A DNA stretch of 64,000 bases from positions 19,515,028-19,579,027 of the forward strand of contig CM082576.2 in the NCBI GenBank assembly GCA_040954595.2. The letters run 5' to 3'. The translations under genes were made by a program, and so were the position numbers. Positions 42,901 through 57,106 of this stretch are shown one piece after another (position 1 is the stretch's first letter; every line of letters begins with the position of its first letter). This DNA comes from Balanoglossus misakiensis (lineage: Eukaryota; Animalia; Hemichordata). The notes beneath the pieces are model-generated. The model was not told the DNA's origin and did no database searches. It saw only the letters and a program-made list of their open reading frames with translations.

Positions 42901-45900
42901 GACTTTGTAAAATCACAAAATTTCGTCGATTTTGAAAAAAATCATAGGTTCGTCGATTTTTAAAAAAAAAACATGGTTGAAAATCATCAAAAAATGACAA
43001 ATTTTCGTCTTTGCAAAATCTCAAAATTTCGTCCATTTTAAAAAAAAAACATGGGGCAAAATCATCAAAAAATGACAAATTTTCGACTTTGCAAAATCTC
43101 AAAATTTCGTCGATTTTTGAAAAAAAAATCATGGGTGAAAATCATCAAAAAATGACAAATTTTCGTCTTTGCAAAATCTCAAAATTTCGTCCATTTTTGA
43201 ATAAAAATCATGGGTAAAAATCATCAAAAATGACAAATTTTCGACTTTGCAAAATCTCAAAATTTCGTCGATGTTTGAAAAAAAATCATGGTGAAAATCA
43301 TCAAAAAATGACAAATTTTCGACTTTGCAAAATCTCAAAATTTCGTCGATTTTTGAAACAAAATCATGGTGAAAATCATCAAAAAATGACAAATTTTCGT
43401 CTTTGCAAAATCTCAAAATTTCGTCCATTTTTGAAAAGAAATAATGGTTGAAAATCATCAAAAAATGACAAATTTTTGACTTTGCAAAATCTCAAAATTT
43501 CGTCGATTTTGAAAAAAATCATGGGTTCGTCCATTTTTGAAAAAAAATAATGGTTGAAAATCATCAAAAAATGACAAATTTTTGACTTTGCAAAATCTCA
43601 AAATTTCGTTCATTTTTAAAAAAAATCATGGGTGAAAATCATCAAAAAATGACAAATTTTCGGTTATGCAAAATCTCAAAATTTCGTCGATTTTGAAAAA
43701 AATCATGGGTTCGTCGATTTTTAAAAAAAATCATGGGTGAAAATCATCAAAAAATGACAAATTTTCGACTTTGCAAAATCTCAAAATTTCGTCGATTTTT
43801 GAAAAAAAATCATGGTGAAAATCATCAAAAAATGACAAAATTTTCGACTTTGTAAAATCACAAAATTTCGTCGATTTTGAAAAAAATCATAGGTTCGTCG
43901 ATTTTTAAAAAAAAAACATGGTTGAAAATCATCAAAAAATGACAAATTTTCGTCTTTGCAAAATCTCAAAATTTCGTCCATTTAAAAAAAAAAACATGGG
44001 GCAAAATCATCAAAAAATGACAAATTTTCGACTTTGCAAAATCTCAAAATTTCGTCGATTTTTGAAAAAAAAATCATGGGTGAAAATCATCAAAAAATGA
44101 CAAATTTTCGTCTTTGCAAAATCTCAAAATTTCGTCCATTTTTGAATAAAAATCATGGGTAAAAATCATCAAAAATGACAAATTTTCGTCTTTGCAAAAT
44201 CTCAAATTTTCGTCGATTTTTGAAAAAAAATCATGGTTGAAAATCATCAAAAAATGACAAAATTTTCGACTTTGTAAAATCACAAAATTTCGTCGATTTT
44301 GAAAAAAATCATAGGCTCGTCGATTTTTTAAAAAAAAACATGGGTGAAAATCATCAATAAATGACAAATTTTCGACTTTGCAAAATCTCAAAATTTCGTC
44401 GATTTTTGAAAAAAAATCATGGGTAAAAATCATCAAAAAATGACACATTTTCGATTATGCAAAATCTCAAAATTTTGTCGATTTTTGAAAAAAAATCATG
44501 GGTGAAAATCATGAAAAAATGACACATTTTCGACTTTGAAAAATCTAAAAATTTCGTCGATTTTTGAAAAAAAATCATGGGTGAAAATCATCAAAAAATG
44601 ACAAATTTTCGACTTTGCAAAATCTCAAAATTTCGTCAATTTTTGAAAAAATCATGGGTAAAAATCATCAAAAAATGACAAATTTTCGTCTTTGCTAAAT
44701 CTCAAAATTTCGTCGGTTTTTGAAAAATAATATGGGTGAAAATCATCAAAAAATGACAAATTTTCGTCTTTGCAAAATCTAAAAATTTCGTCCATTTTTG
44801 AAAAAAAATCATGGGTAAAAATCATCAAAAAATGACAAATTTTCGACTTTGCAAAATCTCAAAATTTCGTCAATTTTTGAAAAAATCATGGGTAAAAATA
44901 ATCAAAAAATGACAAATTTTCGTCTTTGCTAAATCTCAAAATTTCGTCGGTTTTTGAAAAATAATATGGGTGAAAATCATCAAAAAATGACAAATTTTCG
45001 ACTTTGCAAAATCTCAAAATTTCGTCGATTTTTGAAAAAATCATGGGTGAAAATCATCAAAAAATGACAAATTTTCGACTTTGCAAAATCTCAAAATTTC
45101 GTCGATTTTTGAAAAAAAATCATGGTGAAAATCATCAAAAAATGACAAAATTTTCGACTTTGTAAAATCACAAAATTTCGTCGATTTTTGAAAAAAAATC
45201 ATGGTGAAAATCATCAAAAAATGACAAATTTTCGTCTTTGCAAAATCTCAAAATTTCGTCCATTTTTGAAAAAAAATCATGGGTAAAAATCATCAAAAAA
45301 TGACAAATTTTCGTTTTTGCAAAATCTCAAAATTTCGTCCATTTTAAAAAAAAAACATGGGTGAAAATCATCAATAAATGACAAATTTTCGACTTTGCAA
45401 AATCTCAAAATTTCGTCGATTTTTGAAAAAAAATCATGGGTAAAAATCATCAAAAAATGACACATTTTCGATTATGCAAAATCTCAAAATTTCGTCGATT
45501 TTTGAAAAAAAATCATGGGTGAAAATCATGAAAAAATGACACATTTTCGACTTTGAAAAATCTAAAAATTTCGTCGATTTTTGAAAAAAAATCATGGGTA
45601 AAAATCATCAAAAAATGACAAATTTTCGACTTTGCAAAATCTCAAAATTTCGTCAATTTTTGAAAAAATCATGGGTAAAAATCATCAAAAAATGACAAAT
45701 TTTCGTCTTTGCTAAATCTTAAAATTTCGTCGGTTTTTGAAAAATAATATGGGTGAAAATCATCAAAAAATGACAAATTTTCGACTTTGCAAAATCTCAA
45801 AATTTCGTCGATTTTTGAATAAAAATCATGGGTGAAAATCATCAAAAAATGACACATTTTCGACTTTGCATAATCTCAACATTTCGTCGATTTTTGAAAA

Positions 45901-48900
45901 AAAATCATGGTGAAAATCATCAAAAAATGACAAATTTTCGTCTTTGCAAAATCTCAAAATTTCGTCCATTTTTGAAAAAAAATCATGGGTAAATATCATC
46001 AAAAAATGACAAATTTTCGTTTTTGCAAAATCTCAAAATTTCGTCCATTTTAAAAAAAAAACATGGGGGAAAATCATTAAAAAATGACAAATTTTCGACT
46101 TTGCAAAATCTCAAAATTTCGTCCATTTTTGAAAAAAAATCATGGGTAAAAATCATCAAAAAATGACAAATTTTCGTCTTTGCAAAATCTCAAAATTTCG
46201 TCGATTTTTGAAAAAATCATGGGTGAAAATCATCAAAAAATGACAAATTTTCGACTTTGCAAAATCTCAAAATTTCGTCGATTTTTGAAAAAAAATCATG
46301 GTGAAAATCATCAAAAAATGACAAAATTTTCGACTTTGTAAAATCACAAAATTTCGTCGATTTTGAAAAAAATCATAGGTTCGTCGATTTTTAAAAAAAA
46401 AACATGGTTGAAAATCATCAAAAAATGACAAATTTTCGTCTTTGCAAAATCTCAAAATTTCGTCCATTTTAAAAAAAAAACATGGGGCAAAATCATCAAA
46501 AAATGACAAATTTTCGACTTTGCAAAATCTCAAAATTTCGTCGATTTTTGAAAAAAAAATCATGGGTGAAAATCATCAAAAAATGACAAATTTTCGTCTT
46601 TGCAAAATCTCAAAATTTCGTCCATTTTTGAAAAAATCATGGGTAAAAATCATCAAAAATGACAAATTTTCGTCTTTGCAAAATCTCAAATTTTCGTCGA
46701 TTTTTGAAAAAAAATCATGGTTGAAAATCATCAAAAAATGACAAAATTTTCGACTTTGTAAAATCACAAAATTTCGTCGATTTTGAAAAAAATCATAGGT
46801 TCGTCGATTTTTTAAAAAAAAACATGGGTGAAAATCATCAATAAATGACAAATTTTCGACTTTGCAAAATCTCAAAATTTCGTCGATTTTTGAAAAATAA
46901 TATGGGTGAAAATCATCAAAAAATGACAAATTTTCGACTTTGCAAAATCTCAAAATTTCGTCGATTTTTGAATAAAAATCATGGGTGAAAATCATCAAAA
47001 AATGACACATTTTCGACTTTGCAAAATCTCAACATTTCGTCGATTTTTGAAAAAAAATCATGGTGAAAATCATCAAAAAATGACAAATTTTCGTCTTTGC
47101 AAAATCTCAAAATTTCGTCCATTTTTGAAAAAAAAATAATGGTTGAAAATCATCAAAAAATGACAAATTTTTGACTTTGCAAAATCTCAAAATTTCGTTC
47201 ATTTTTAAAAAAAATCATGGGTGAAAATCATCAAAAAATGACAAATTTTCGATTATGCAAAATCTCAAAATTTCGTCGATTTTGAAAAAAATCATGGGTT
47301 CGTCGATTTTTAAAAAAAAACATTGGTGAAAATCATCAAAAAATGACAAATTTTCGTCTTTGCAAAATCTCAAAATTTCGTCCATTTTAAAAAAAAAACA
47401 TGGGGCAAAATCATCAAAAAATGACAAATTTTCGACTTTGCAAAATCTCAAAATTTCGTCGATTTTTGAAAAAAAAATCATGGGTGAAAATCATCAAAAA
47501 ATGACAAATTTTCGTCTTTGCAAAATCTCAAAATTTCGTCCATTTTTGAAAAAATCATGGGTAAAAATCATCAAAAATGACAAATTTTCGTCTTTGCAAA
47601 ATCTCAAATTTTCGTCGATTTTTGAAAAAAAATCATGGGTAAAAATCATCAAAAAATGACAAAATTTTCGACTTTGTAAAATCACAAAATTTCGTCGATT
47701 TTGAAAAAAATCATAGGTTCGTCGATTTTTTTAAAAAAAACATGGGTGAAAATCATCAATAAATGACAAATTTTCGACTTTGCAAAATCTCAAAATTTCG
47801 TCGATTTTTGAAAAAAAATCATGGGTAAAAATCATCAAAAAATGACACATTTTCGATTATGCAAAATCTCAAAATTTCGTCGATTTTTGAAAAAAAATCA
47901 TGGGTGAAAATCATGAAAAAATGACACATTTTCGACTTTGAAAAATCTAAAAATTTCGTCGATTTTTGAAAAAAATCATGGGTAAAAATCATCAAAAAAT
48001 GACAAATTTTCGACTTTGCAAAATCTCAAAATTTCGTCTTTTTTTGAAAAAATCATGGGTAAAAATCATCAAAAAATGACAAATTTTCGTCTTTGCTAAA
48101 TCTCAAAATTTCGTCGGTTTTTGAAAAATAATATGGGTGAAAATCATCAAAAAATGACAAATTTTCGACTTTGCAAAATCTCAAAATTTCGTCGATTTTT
48201 GAAAAAAAATCATGGTTGAAAATCATCAAAAAATGACAAAATTTTCGACTTTGTAAAATCAAAAAATTTCGTCGATTTTGAAAAAAATCATAGGTTCGTC
48301 GATTTTTAAAAAAAAAAACATGGGTGAAAATCATCAAAAAATGACAAATTTTCGACTTTGCAAAATCTCAAAATTTCGTCGATTTTTGAAAAAAAATCAT
48401 GGGTGAAAATTATCAAAAAATGACACATTTTCGATTATGCAAAATCTCAAAATTTCGTCGATTTTTGAATAAAAATCATGGGTGAAAATCATCAAAAAAT
48501 GACAAATTTTCGACTTTGCAAAATCTCAAAATTTCGTCGATTTTTGAAAAAAAATCATGGTGAAAATCATCAAAAAATGACAAATTATCGACTATGCAAA
48601 ATCTCAAAATTTCGTCGATTTTTGAAAAAAAATCATGGTGAAAATCATCAAAAAATGACAAATTTTCGTCTTTGCAAAATCTCAAAATTTCGTCCATTTT
48701 TGAAAAAAAATAATGGTTGAAAATCATCAAAAAATGACAAATTTTCGATTATGCAAAATCTCAAAATTTCGTCGATTTTGAAAAAAATCATGGGTTCGTC
48801 GATTTTTAAAAAAAAACATTGGTGAAAATCATCAAAATATGACAAATTTTCGACTTTGCAAAATCTCAAAATTTCGTCGATTTTTGAAAAAATCATGGGT

Positions 48901-51900
48901 GAAAATCATCAAAAAATGACAAAATTTTCGACTTTGTAAAATCACAAAATTTCGTCGATTTTGAAAGAAATCATAGGTTCGTCGATTTTTAAAAAAAAAA
49001 CATGGGTGAAAATCATCAAAAAATGACAAATTTTCGACTTTGCAAAATCTCAAAATTTCGTCGATTTTTGAAAAAATCATGGGTGAAAATCATCAAAAAA
49101 TGACAAAATTTTCGACTTTGTAAAATCACAAAATTTCGTCGATTTTGAAAGAAATCATAGGTTCGTCGATTTTTAAAAAAAAAACATGGGTGAAAATCAT
49201 CAAAAAATGACAAATTTTCGACTTTGCAAAATCTCAAAATTTCGTCGATTTTTGAAAAAAAATCATGGGTAAAAATCATCAAAAAATGACACATTTTCGA
49301 TTATGCAAAATCTCAAAATTTCGTCGATTTTTGAAAAAAAATCATGGGTGAAAATCATGAAAAAATGACACATTTTCGACTTTGCAAAATCTCAAAATTT
49401 CGTCCATTTTTGAAAAAAAATCATGGGTAAAAATCATCAAAAAATGACAAATTTTCGTCTTTGCTAAATCTCAAAATTTCGTCGGTTTTTGAAAAATAAT
49501 ATGGGTGAAAATCATCAAAAAATGACAAATTTTCGACTTTGCAAAATCTCAAAATTTCGTCGATTTTTGAATAAAAATCATGGGTGAAAATCATCAAAAA
49601 ATGACACATTTTCGACTTTGCAAAATCTCAACATTTCGTCGATTTTTGAAAAAAAATCATGGTGAAAATCATCAAAAAATGACAAATTTTCGTCTTTGCA
49701 AAATCTCAAAATTTCGTCCATTTTTGAAAAAAAATAATGGTTGAAAATCATCAAAAAATGACAAATTTTTGACTTTGCAAAATCTCAAAATTTCGTTCAT
49801 TTTTAAAAAAAATCATGGGTGAAAATCATCAAAAAATGACAAATTTTCGATTATGCAAAATCTCAAAATTTCGTCGATTTTGAAAAAAATCATGGGTTCG
49901 TCGATTTTTAAAAAAAAACATTGGTGAAAATCATCAAAATATGACAAATTTTCGACTTTGCAAAATCTCAAAATTTCGTCGATTTTTGAAAAAATCATGG
50001 GTGAAAATCATCAAAAAATGACAAATTTTCAACTTTGCAAAATCTCAAAATTTCGTCGATTTTTGAAAAAAAATCATGGTGAAAATCATCAAAAAATGAC
50101 AAAATTTTCGACTTTGTAAAATCACAAAATTTCGTCGATTTTGAAAAAAATCATAGGTTCGTCGATTTTTAAAAAAAAAACATGGTTGAAAATCATCAAA
50201 AAATGACAAATTTTCGTCTTTGCAAAATCTCAAAATTTCGTCCATTTTAAAAAAAAAACATGGGGCAAAATCATCAAAAAATGACAAATTTTCGACTTTG
50301 CAAAATCTCAAAATTTCGTCGATTTTTGAAAAAAAAATCATGGGTGAAAATCATCAAAAAATGACAAATTTTCGTCTTTGCAAAATCTCAAAATTTCGTC
50401 CATTTTTGAATAAAAATCATGGGTAAAAATCATCAAAAATGACAAATTTTCGTCTTTGCAAAATCTCAAATTTTCGTCGATTTTTGAAAAAAAATCATGG
50501 TTGAAAATCATCAAAAAATGACAAAATTTTCGACTTTGTAAAATCACAAAATTTCGTCGATTTTGAAAAAAATCATAGGTTCGTCGATTTAAAAAAAAAA
50601 AACATGTGTGAAAATAATCAAAAAATGACAAATTTTCGACTTTGCAAAATCTCAAAATTTCGTCGATTTTTGAAAAAAAATCATGGGTAAAAATCATCAA
50701 AAAATGACACATTTTCGATTATGCAAAATCTCAAAATTTCGTCCATTTTTGAATAAAAATCATGGGTAAAAATCATCAAAAATGACAAATTTTCGTCTTT
50801 GCAAAATCTCAAATTTTCGTCGATTTTTGAAAAAAAATCATGGTTGAAAATCATCAAAAAATGACAAAATTTTCGACTTTGTAAAATCACAAAATTTCGT
50901 CGATTTTGAAAAAAATCATAGGTTCGTCGATTTTAAAAAAAAAAACATGGGTGAAAATCATCAAAAAATGACAAATTTTCGACTTTGCAAAATCTCAAAA
51001 TTTCGTCGATTTTTGAAAAAAAATCATGGGTAAAAATCATCAAAAAATGACACATTTTCGATTATGCAAAATCTCAAAATTTCGTCGATTTTTGAAAAAA
51101 AATCATGGGTGAAAATCATGAAAAAATGACACATTTTCGACTTTGAAAAATCTAAAAATTTCGTCGATTTTTGAAAAAAAATCATGGGTAAAAATCATCA
51201 AAAAATGACAAATTTTCGTCTTTGCAAAATCTTAAAATTTCGTCGATTTTTGAAAAAAATCATGGGTGAAAATCATCAAAAAATGACAAATTTTCGACTT
51301 TGCAAAATCTCAAAATTTCGTCGATTTTTGAAAAAAAATCATGGGTAAAAATCATCAAAAAATGACACATTTTCGATTATGCAAAATCTCAAAATTTCGT
51401 CCATTTTTGAATAAAAATCATGGGTAAAAATCATCAAAAATGACAAATTTTCGTCTTTGCAAAATCTCAAATTTTCGTCGATTTTTGAAAAAAAATCATG
51501 GTTGAAAATCATCAAAAAATGACAAAATTTTCGACTTTGTAAAATCACAAAATTTCGTCGATTTTGAAAAAAATCATAGGTTCGTCGATTTTAAAAAAAA
51601 AAACATGGGTGAAAATCATCAAAAAATGACAAATTTTCGACTTTGCAAAATCTCAAAAGTTCGTCGATTTTTGAAAAAAAATCATGGGTAAAAATCATCA
51701 AAAAATGACACATTTTCGATTATGCAAAATCTCAAAATTTCGTCGATTTTTGAAAAAAAATCATGGGTGAAAATCATGAAAAAATGACACATTTTCGACT
51801 TTGAAAAATCTAAAAATTTCGTCGATTTTTGAAAAAAAATCATGGGTAAAAATCATCAAAAAATGACAAATTTTCGTCTTTGCAAAATCTTAAAATTTCG

Positions 51901-54789
51901 TCGATTTTTGAAAAAAATCATGGGTGAAAATCATCAAAAAATGACAAATTTTCGACTTTGCAAAATCTCAAAATTTCATCAATTTTTGAAAAAATCATGG
52001 GTAAAAATCATCAAAAAATGACAAATTTTCGTCTTTGCTAAATCTCAAAATTTCGTCGGTTTTTGAAAAATAATATGGGTGAAAATCATCAAAAAATGAC
52101 AAATTTTCGACTTTGCAAAATCTCAAAATTTCGTCGATTTTTGAATAAAAATCATGGGTGAAAATCATCAAAAAATGACACATTTTCGACTTTGCAAAAT
52201 CTCAACATTTCGTCGATTTTTGAAAAAAAATCATGGTGAAAATCATCAAAAATGACAAATTTTCGTCTTTGCAAAATCTCAAAATTTCGTCCATTTTTGA
52301 AAAAAAATCATGGGTAAAAATCATCAAAAAATGACAAATTTTCGTTTTTGCAAAATCTCAAAATTTCGTCCATTTAAAAAAAAAAACATGGGGGAAAATC
52401 ATCAAAAAATGACAAATTTTCGACTTTGCAAAATCTCAAAATTTCGTCCATTTTTGAAAAAAAATCATGGGTAAAAATCATCAAAAAATGACAAATTTTC
52501 GTCTTTGCAAAATCTCAAAATTTCGTCCATTTAAAAAAAAAACATGGGGGAAAATCATCAAAAAATGACAAATTTTCGACTTTGCAAAATCTCAAAATTT
52601 CGTCGATTTTGAAACAAACCATTGGGGGAAAATCATCAAAAAATGACAAATTATCGACTTTGCAGAATCTCACAATTTCGTCGATTTTTGAAAAAAATCA
52701 TGGGTGAAAATCATCAAAAAATTACAAATTTTCGACTTTGCAAAATCTCAAAATTTCGTCGATTTTTGTAAAAACTCATGGGTGAAAATCATGAAAAAAT
52801 GACACATTTTCGACTTTGAAAAATCTAAAAATTTCGTCGATTTTTGAAAAAAAATCATGGGTAAAAATCATCAAAAAATGACAAATTTTCGTCTTTGCAA
52901 AATCTTAAAATTTCGTCGATTTTTGAAAAAAATCATGGGTGAAAATCATCAAAAAATGACAAATTTTCGACTTTGCAAAATCTCAAAATTTCATCAATTT
53001 TTGAAAAAATCATGGGTAAAAATCATCAAAAAATGACAAATTTTCGTCTTTGCTAAATCTCAAAATTTCGTCGGTTTTTGAAAAATAATATGGGTGAAAA
53101 TCATCAAAAAATGACAAATTTTCGACTTTGCAAAATCTCAAAATTTCGTCGATTTTTGAATAAAAATCATGGGTGAAAATCATCAAAAAATGACACATTT
53201 TCGACTTTGCAAAATCTCAACATTTCGTCGATTTTTGAAAAAAAATCATGGTGAAAATCATCAAAAATGACAAATTTTCGTCTTTGCAAAATCTCAAAAT
53301 TTCGTCCATTTTTGAAAAAAAATCATGGGTAAAAATCATCAAAAAATGACAAATTTTCGTTTTTGCAAAATCTCAAAATTTCGTCCATTTAAAAAAAAAA
53401 ACATGGGGGAAAATCATCAAAAAATGACAAATTTTCGACTTTGCAAAATCTCAAAATTTCGTCCATTTTTGAAAAAAAATCATGGGTAAAAATCATCAAA
53501 AAATGACAAATTTTCGTCTTTGCAAAATCTCAAAATTTCGTCCATTTAAAAAAAAAACATGGGGGAAAATCATCAAAAAATGACAAATTTTCGACTTTGC
53601 AAAATCTCAAAATTTCGTCGATTTTGAAACAAACCATTGGGGGAAAATCATCAAAAAATGACAAATTATCGACTTTGCAGAATCTCACAATTTCGTCGAT
53701 TTTTGAAAAAAATCATGGGTGAAAATCATCAAAAAATTACAAATTTTCGACTTTGCAAAATCTCAAAATTTCGTCGATTTTTGTAAAAACTCATGGGTGA
53801 AAATCATCAAAAAATGACAAATTTTCGACTTTGCAAAATCTCAAAATTTAGTCGATTTTTGAAAAAAAATCATAGGTGAAAATCATCAAAAAATGACAAA
53901 TTTTCGACTTTGCAAAATCTCAAAATTTCGTCAATTTTTGAAAAAAATCAGGGGTAAAAATCATCAAAAAATGACAAATTTTCGTCTTTGCTAAATCTCA
54001 AAATTTCGTCGGTTTTTGAAAAATAATATTGGTGAAAATCATCAAAAAATGACAAATTTTCGACTTTGCAAAATCTCAAAATTTCGTCCATTTTTGAAAA
54101 AAAATCATGGGTAAAAATCGTCAAAAAATGACAAATTTTCGTCTTTGCAAAATCTCAAAATTTCGTCCATTTTAAAAAAAAAACATGGGGGAAAATCATC
54201 AAAAAATGACAAATTTTCGACTTTGCAAAATCTCAAAATGTCGTCGATTTTGAAAAAAAATAATGGTTGAAAATCATCAAAAAATGACAAATTTTCGTCT
54301 TTGCAAAATCTCAAAATTTCGTCCATTTTTGAATAAAAATCATGGGTAAAAATCATCAAAAATGACAAATTTTCGTCTTTGCAAAATCTCAAATTTTCGT
54401 CGATTTTTGAAAAAAAATCATGGTTGAAAATCATCAAAAAATGACAAAATTTTAGACTTTGTAAAATCACAAAATTTCGTCGATTTTGAAAAAAATCATA
54501 GGTTCGTCGATTTAAAAAAAAAAAAACATGGGTGAAAATCATCAAAAAATGACAAATTTTCGACTTTGCAAAATCTCAAAATTTCGTCGATTTTTGAAAA
54601 AAAAATCATGGGTGAAAATCATCAAAAAATGACACATTTTCGATTATGCAAAATCTCAAAATTTCGTCGATTTTTGAAAAAAAATCATGGGTGAAAATCA
54701 TCAAAAAATGACAAATTTTCGACTTTGCAAAATCTCAAAATTTCTTCGATTTTTGAAAAAATCATGGGTGAAAATCATCAAACAATGAC
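36904..54789 (+). repeat. Satellite DNA array, 78-bp monomer (right segment)
   Basis: Same monomer and orientation. It resumes in register (AAAAA-CATGGGTGAAAATC) after the insertion and ends at ATGAC 54785-54789. Confidence 0.98.
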
Positions 54790-55800
54790 CATCAACTGAG
54801 TATCATTCAAATACTCTGTGCACAGTGGGTAAAGACACATTTGGTTTTTTAGGAGACTTTCATCAGTTGTAGTAAAATACAACGTGACTACACTATATAC
54901 ACCAATGAGAATGGCCATGTAATTCAGAGAGTGCTTGATATTAAAACTGTTTCATAGTTGTGGCCTTTACTGCTGATAATTAGGTTACCATAGATACAAG
55001 CCCAATGCAACGTGACAGGGATAAACATATGCAAAGACAAGATTTAACCCCACCTCCATAATCAAAATACTACCACAGAGGGCGCTATACTATATGACCA
55101 TCAACTGAGTATCATTCAAATACTCTGTGCACAGTGGGTAAAGACACATTTGTTTTTTTAGGAGACTTTCATCAGTTGTAGTAAAATACAACGTGACTAC
55201 ACTATATACACCAATGAGAATGGCCATGTAATTCAGAGAGTGCTTGATATTAAAACTGTTTCATAGTTGTGGCCTTTACTGATGATAATTAGGTTACCAT
55301 AGATGAAAGCCCAATGCAACATGACAGGGATAAACATATGCAAAGACAAGATTTAACCCCACCTCCATAATCAAAATACTACCACAGAGGGCGCTATACT
55401 ATATGACCATCAACTGAGTATCATTCAAATACTCTGTGCACAGTGGGTAAAGACACATTTGGTTTTTTAGGAGACTTTCACCAGTTGCAGTAAAATACAA
55501 CGTGACTACACTATATGCACCAATGAGAATGGCCGTGTAATTCAGAGTGCTTGATATTAAAACTGTTTCAAAGCTGTGGCCTTTACTGCTGGTAATTAGG
55601 TTACCATAGATACAAGTGGAATGGAACCGGACAGGGATAAACATACAAAGGCTAGGTTAACCCCCCCCCCCCCAAATACTACCACAGAGGGCGCTATACT
55701 GATCATCAAGTCTGTACCATTGAAATAAATCTGTGCAGAGTGGGTAAATTAGGCATTTGGTTCTTCAGATTTTCATAAGTTGCACTAAAATGCTATGTGG
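54785..55800. repeat. 309-bp tandem repeat, three copies plus a diverged partial fourth
   Basis: ATGACCATCAACTGAG anchors at 54785, 55094 and 55403. A diverged copy starts at ~55700 (TGATCATCAAG...CTGTGCAGAGTGGGTAAA). Confidence 0.93.
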
Positions 55801-55966
55801 CCCACTACAAGGACAAATAAGTCAAAAATGGCAAATTTGACGTTTACTTTGAGGTTGGCATGGGGCAAACGAGACAATACAAGAACACTGAAACTCAATT
55901 AGTGAAACACTAAAGTTGTACTTTATTTCTCTAACAAACTTAGAGAAAATTTACATGGCCATCTTT

Positions 55967-56081
55967 TTACTCAGAGACCTGATGTTGAATTGAAATGTGG
56001 TAGTGCAGGTCCACATGAGTGCCGTGTACTAGCCTCTCTCTCTGCAAATCCATCCACAACTTGCGTGCAGATAGTGGGAGT
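55967..56081 (-). pseudogene. Candidate terminal exon of a degenerate minus-strand gene
   Basis: Acceptor TTGCTTACATCAG, phase-compatible with the exon at 57107-57177. Encodes LPLSARKLWMDLQRERLVHGTHVDLHYHISIQHQVSE*. A minus-strand AATAAA lies at 55922-55927. No homology recognised. Confidence 0.3.
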
Positions 56082-56106
56082 CTGATGTAAGCAACTACTG
56101 CAGTTA

Positions 56107-57095
56107 CAGTCAGGACGTAAGTGGGATAATTAAACAGCAGGGGATCATGCAATGCAAACACTTGAACTGGCCAGTAACGTTTGAATTGCTCATTTGCATA
56201 CAGTTTTTCAACTTTTTTCACAACGAAAGTTAAGCAACTAGCAACCCATTTCTGACAATTATTTCACCCCAGGCACATTACTGGTACTATGAGTGTACTA
56301 CATGTGATTTTTCATGAAGTTTTATCGAGAAGAATTTCTTTACTTCCACTGACAAAATTGTGATCACGAAATTCAAAGTGACCTTGAAGTTACAAAAAAA
56401 AAAAATATCAGCCATACCCACACAAAAATTAACCCCCTCAGGTTTTAGAAACATTATTAAACTCCTCTATTCATAATTTTGACATGAATATATCCATGCC
56501 GAGAGTCAAGGACCACAATTTACTGTGCCATAGGTCAGTCCTGAGAAGTCAGTCAGCGTGAATAGTGTATAGACTCCGTATGTAATATGCTAATGAGAGA
56601 TAACGACGCGTTGAAAAGGAAGCCATTACGTCATGGGTTAACATGCGTTGACCTACTTCAATGCATACACATATGGCAAACACGGCTGTACTCGTCGATG
56701 GCGAAGGCAATTTTTACACCGTCATTACTCCACAACGGAGCGGCTCACACTATTATAATTTCACGGTAACTTAGTTCAATATCTTCCTAACCTACCCAAT
56801 TTTTTTCAAGACAAGAAATCTTTGCCGAGAGTCAAGGACCACAATTTAAACCAACATACCGAAACTGTCTTTCTCGGGAAATCGTCGTTAAAACTTCACG
56901 AAAAATCATCCTATCATTGACTATGGTGTTTCATACACGTCTTAGAAAAATGGGTGCACTACGATCACTTGTAGTACCGAAAATCTCCGTTTGAAATTTT
57001 TTCGAACTGGCCGTAACTGCCACTCAGCGACTTTCACATTCAAATAGATCTCTTTGATCTCACCGCCGTAATTACCCCACTTACGTCCTGACTGG
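56107..57095. mobile_element. Non-autonomous TIR DNA element (~1 kb)
   Basis: 26-bp TIRs with 1 mismatch: CAGTCAGGACGTAAGTGGGATAATTA (56107-56132) and its reverse complement at 57069-57094. TTAA follows at 57096-57099 and TTA precedes the left end. An internal inverted pair 56305-56324 / 56889-56908 matches 19/20. Confidence 0.75.
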
Positions 57096-57106
57096 TTAAT
57101 ACTTAC

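Noticed and set aside
5289-54545. Many ORFs such as MGENHQKMTNFRLCKISKFRRFLKKI and MIFFKIDEILRFCKVENLSFFDDFHP
   Set aside because: Artefacts of a 78-bp (26-codon) satellite. They are short, occur on both strands and are constantly broken by homopolymer length changes.
5239-54789. CRISPR-like or information-bearing repeat array
   Set aside because: No unique spacers and no cas genes; variation is point substitution, slippage and block duplication.
55967-56221. 84-aa minus-strand ORF as a stand-alone gene
   Set aside because: It crosses the TIR boundary at 56107; only the part outside the element is kept as a weak exon candidate.
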